NCBI GenBank assembly: GCA_033762295.1
Contig: JANRLW010000002.1
Location: forward strand, 1 to 48,392
Length of the DNA: 48,392 nt
Source: Capsulimonadales bacterium
GTDB taxonomy: Bacteria; Armatimonadota; Armatimonadia; Armatimonadales; Armatimonadaceae
Direction: 5' to 3'
Each line of letters begins with the position of its first letter. The first letter of the stretch is position 1. This document shows positions 46,749 through 48,392 of this stretch, in pieces. Made by a program: the position numbers and the translations under genes. A model generated the notes under the pieces. The model had not been told where the DNA came from. It made no database searches and was given only the letters and a program-made list of their open reading frames with translations.

Positions 46749-48392
46749 ATGGACGCGAGGGGAGCCGAAACGGCGGAACGGCGCGTGACCGACCGATGGC
46801 CGGGTACCGAGGGAACGGTCACGGGACTGGCGCTGGCGGAGGTCGATTATGCGACCGATACGATCCACCTTTCTGACCGGGCAGCCCGGTTGTTCGGCAT
46901 CGGCGAGACCGCGAGGATCGTGCCGCGCGCCGCAATCCCCGACTATCTGCATCCCGAGGATCGAGAGACGTTTGTCCGGCTGACGGCGGAGGCGACCGAC
47001 CCGGCCGGCCCCGGATGGTTCGAGTGGGAACCGCGTGTCCTGCGCCCGGACGGACGAATCCGCTGGCTTCTCGCCCAAAAACAGGTCTTCTTCGAAGGCG
47101 AAGGGACGAACCGACGCCCCCGGCGCGCGACTCTGGCGCTGACCGAGATTACCCCGAAGAAGCAGGCGGAGACCGTCCTGCGTTCGGTCCACGATACCTT
47201 CCGGCATCTGGTCGAAAACTCCCCGTTCGGGGTTTATGTCGTCGACGCCGACTTTCGACTCGCCCATGTGAGCGCCGGAGCGCAAAAGGTCTTCCAAAAT
47301 ATCCGTCCCCTGATCGGCCGCGATTTCGCCGAAGTGCTTCGTTTCCTCTGGCCGGAACCGTTCTCCTCCGAAGCGATCGAACGTTTCCACCGGACCCTGC
47401 AAACCGGCGAACCGTACCACGCGCCCGATACCGTCGAAAACCGGCAGGACATCGAGGCGGTCGAGTCGTACGATTGGAAGATCGAGCGGGTGCTGTTGCC
47501 CGACGGACGTTTCGGCGTGGTGTGTCATTTCTACGACCTTTCCGAACGAAATCGGTACGAATCCCGCCTGCGGGAACAGCAAAAGTACGTGATGGAAATC
47601 ACCTCGCTGGTTCCCGGAGTGCTGTATGTCTTTGATCTCGCGGAGAAACGAAATGTCTTTGTCAACCGCCGGACAGGGGACGTCCTCGGGTACGGCGAGG
47701 ATGAAATCCTCGCGCTCGGAGATCGCTTCGTGCCGGAGGTCATCCATCCGGAGGATGCGCCGCGAATGGAGGCGCATATCGGGCGAGTCGCCGGCCTGGC
47801 CGACGGCGAGATCGCCGAGATCGAGTATCGTTTTCGCGACCGAAACGGCTCCTGGCGCTGGTTTCAAAGTCGGGACACGGTTTTCAAACGGGATGAGAGC
47901 GGGCAAGTGCGGCAGATCCTCGGGATTGCCACCGAGGTGACCGATCGCAAACTGGCGGAGGAACGGTTAGGCGAGTCCGAGCAGAAACTGCGTCTGGCGG
48001 TCGACGCCGGGCAGGCGGGAACGTTCCGGCATGATCTGGCCACCGATCGGGTGGAGTGGTCCCCGCAGCTCGAACGAACGATGGGACTGGCGCCCGGCGA
48101 GTTCGGCGGAACGTTTGCCGATTTCTTCGAATTCGTGCATCCGGACGACGAAGCGCAGATTCGGGAAACCATCCGGGACGCCATCGCCCGCTGCGGAGAG
48201 TATGCGTTCGAGTTTCGGATGGTGCGTCGGGATGGCGCAATCACCTGGCTTACCGGGCGGGGCTGTGCGTACGGACGCGCCGGAGTGGGCGCGGAAACCA
48301 TTACCGGAGTCACCTTCGACATCACCGAGCGCAAACGGGCCGAACAGGAGATTCGGGAGCTGAACGGCCGACTGCACCGCGCCGTCTTCGAG
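46749..48392 (+). CDS. Multi-PAS sensor, probably histidine kinase (3' truncated by window)
   Basis: Open from ATG 46749 to the window end. Four PAS/PAC-like units: HPEDR..RPDGRIRW, FRHLVENSP, HPEDA..RDRNGSWRW, HPDDE..RRDGAITW..DITERKRAE. The ending RLHRAVFE resembles the approach to a HisKA_2 H-box. Confidence 0.85.
   Translation, partial: MDARGAETAERRVTDRWPGTEGTVTGLALAEVDYATDTIHLSDRAARLFGIGETARIVPRAAIPDYLHPEDRETFVRLTAEATDPAGPGWFEWEPRVLRPDGRIRWLLAQKQVFFEGEGTNRRPRRATLALTEITPKKQAETVLRSVHDTFRHLVENSPFGVYVVDADFRLAHVSAGAQKVFQNIRPLIGRDFAEVLRFLWPEPFSSEAIERFHRTLQTGEPYHAPDTVENRQDIEAVESYDWKIERVLLPDGRFGVVCHFYDLSERNRYESRLREQQKYVMEITSLVPGVLYVFDLAEKRNVFVNRRTGDVLGYGEDEILALGDRFVPEVIHPEDAPRMEAHIGRVAGLADGEIAEIEYRFRDRNGSWRWFQSRDTVFKRDESGQVRQILGIATEVTDRKLAEERLGESEQKLRLAVDAGQAGTFRHDLATDRVEWSPQLERTMGLAPGEFGGTFADFFEFVHPDDEAQIRETIRDAIARCGEYAFEFRMVRRDGAITWLTGRGCAYGRAGVGAETITGVTFDITERKRAEQEIRELNGRLHRAVFE

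Overview
High-GC bacterial chromosomal window, most likely Armatimonadota. This is inferred from the '[22 protein letters not shown]' DUF1559 prepilin-like gene, two DUF6785/OPT-like membrane proteins, Uma2 and a three-component MlaEFD. The left end is housekeeping (purD partial, dnaB, rplI, mlaD/F/E). The rest is a mosaic of envelope and accessory genes: a major type IV pilin, two further prepilin-like genes, hydrolases/peptidases, two beta-propeller proteins, a stand-alone tRNA-Trp, an ArsR-RND efflux-DUF2892-methyltransferase cluster, an AT-richer islet (~35.2-37.7 kb), a Ycf45/SpoIIIAA-like AAA+R3H protein and a truncated multi-PAS sensor. No CRISPR array, integrase or transposase was seen. 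The most intriguing element is a single gene fusing a class III nucleotide cyclase with non-canonical specificity residues, a TIR domain retaining its catalytic Glu and an AAA_35/STAND-like NTPase. It is a candidate signalling or conflict system beside tRNA-Trp. Other notable items are an MlaD with a probable outer-membrane beta-barrel tail, a pseudo-lytic-transglycosylase fused to a C39-like peptidase, a chimeric DUF2892 gene that looks like a deletion scar, a twice-repeated ArsR operator, and several apparently leaderless genes. All family calls are by-eye motif recognition; no searches were run.
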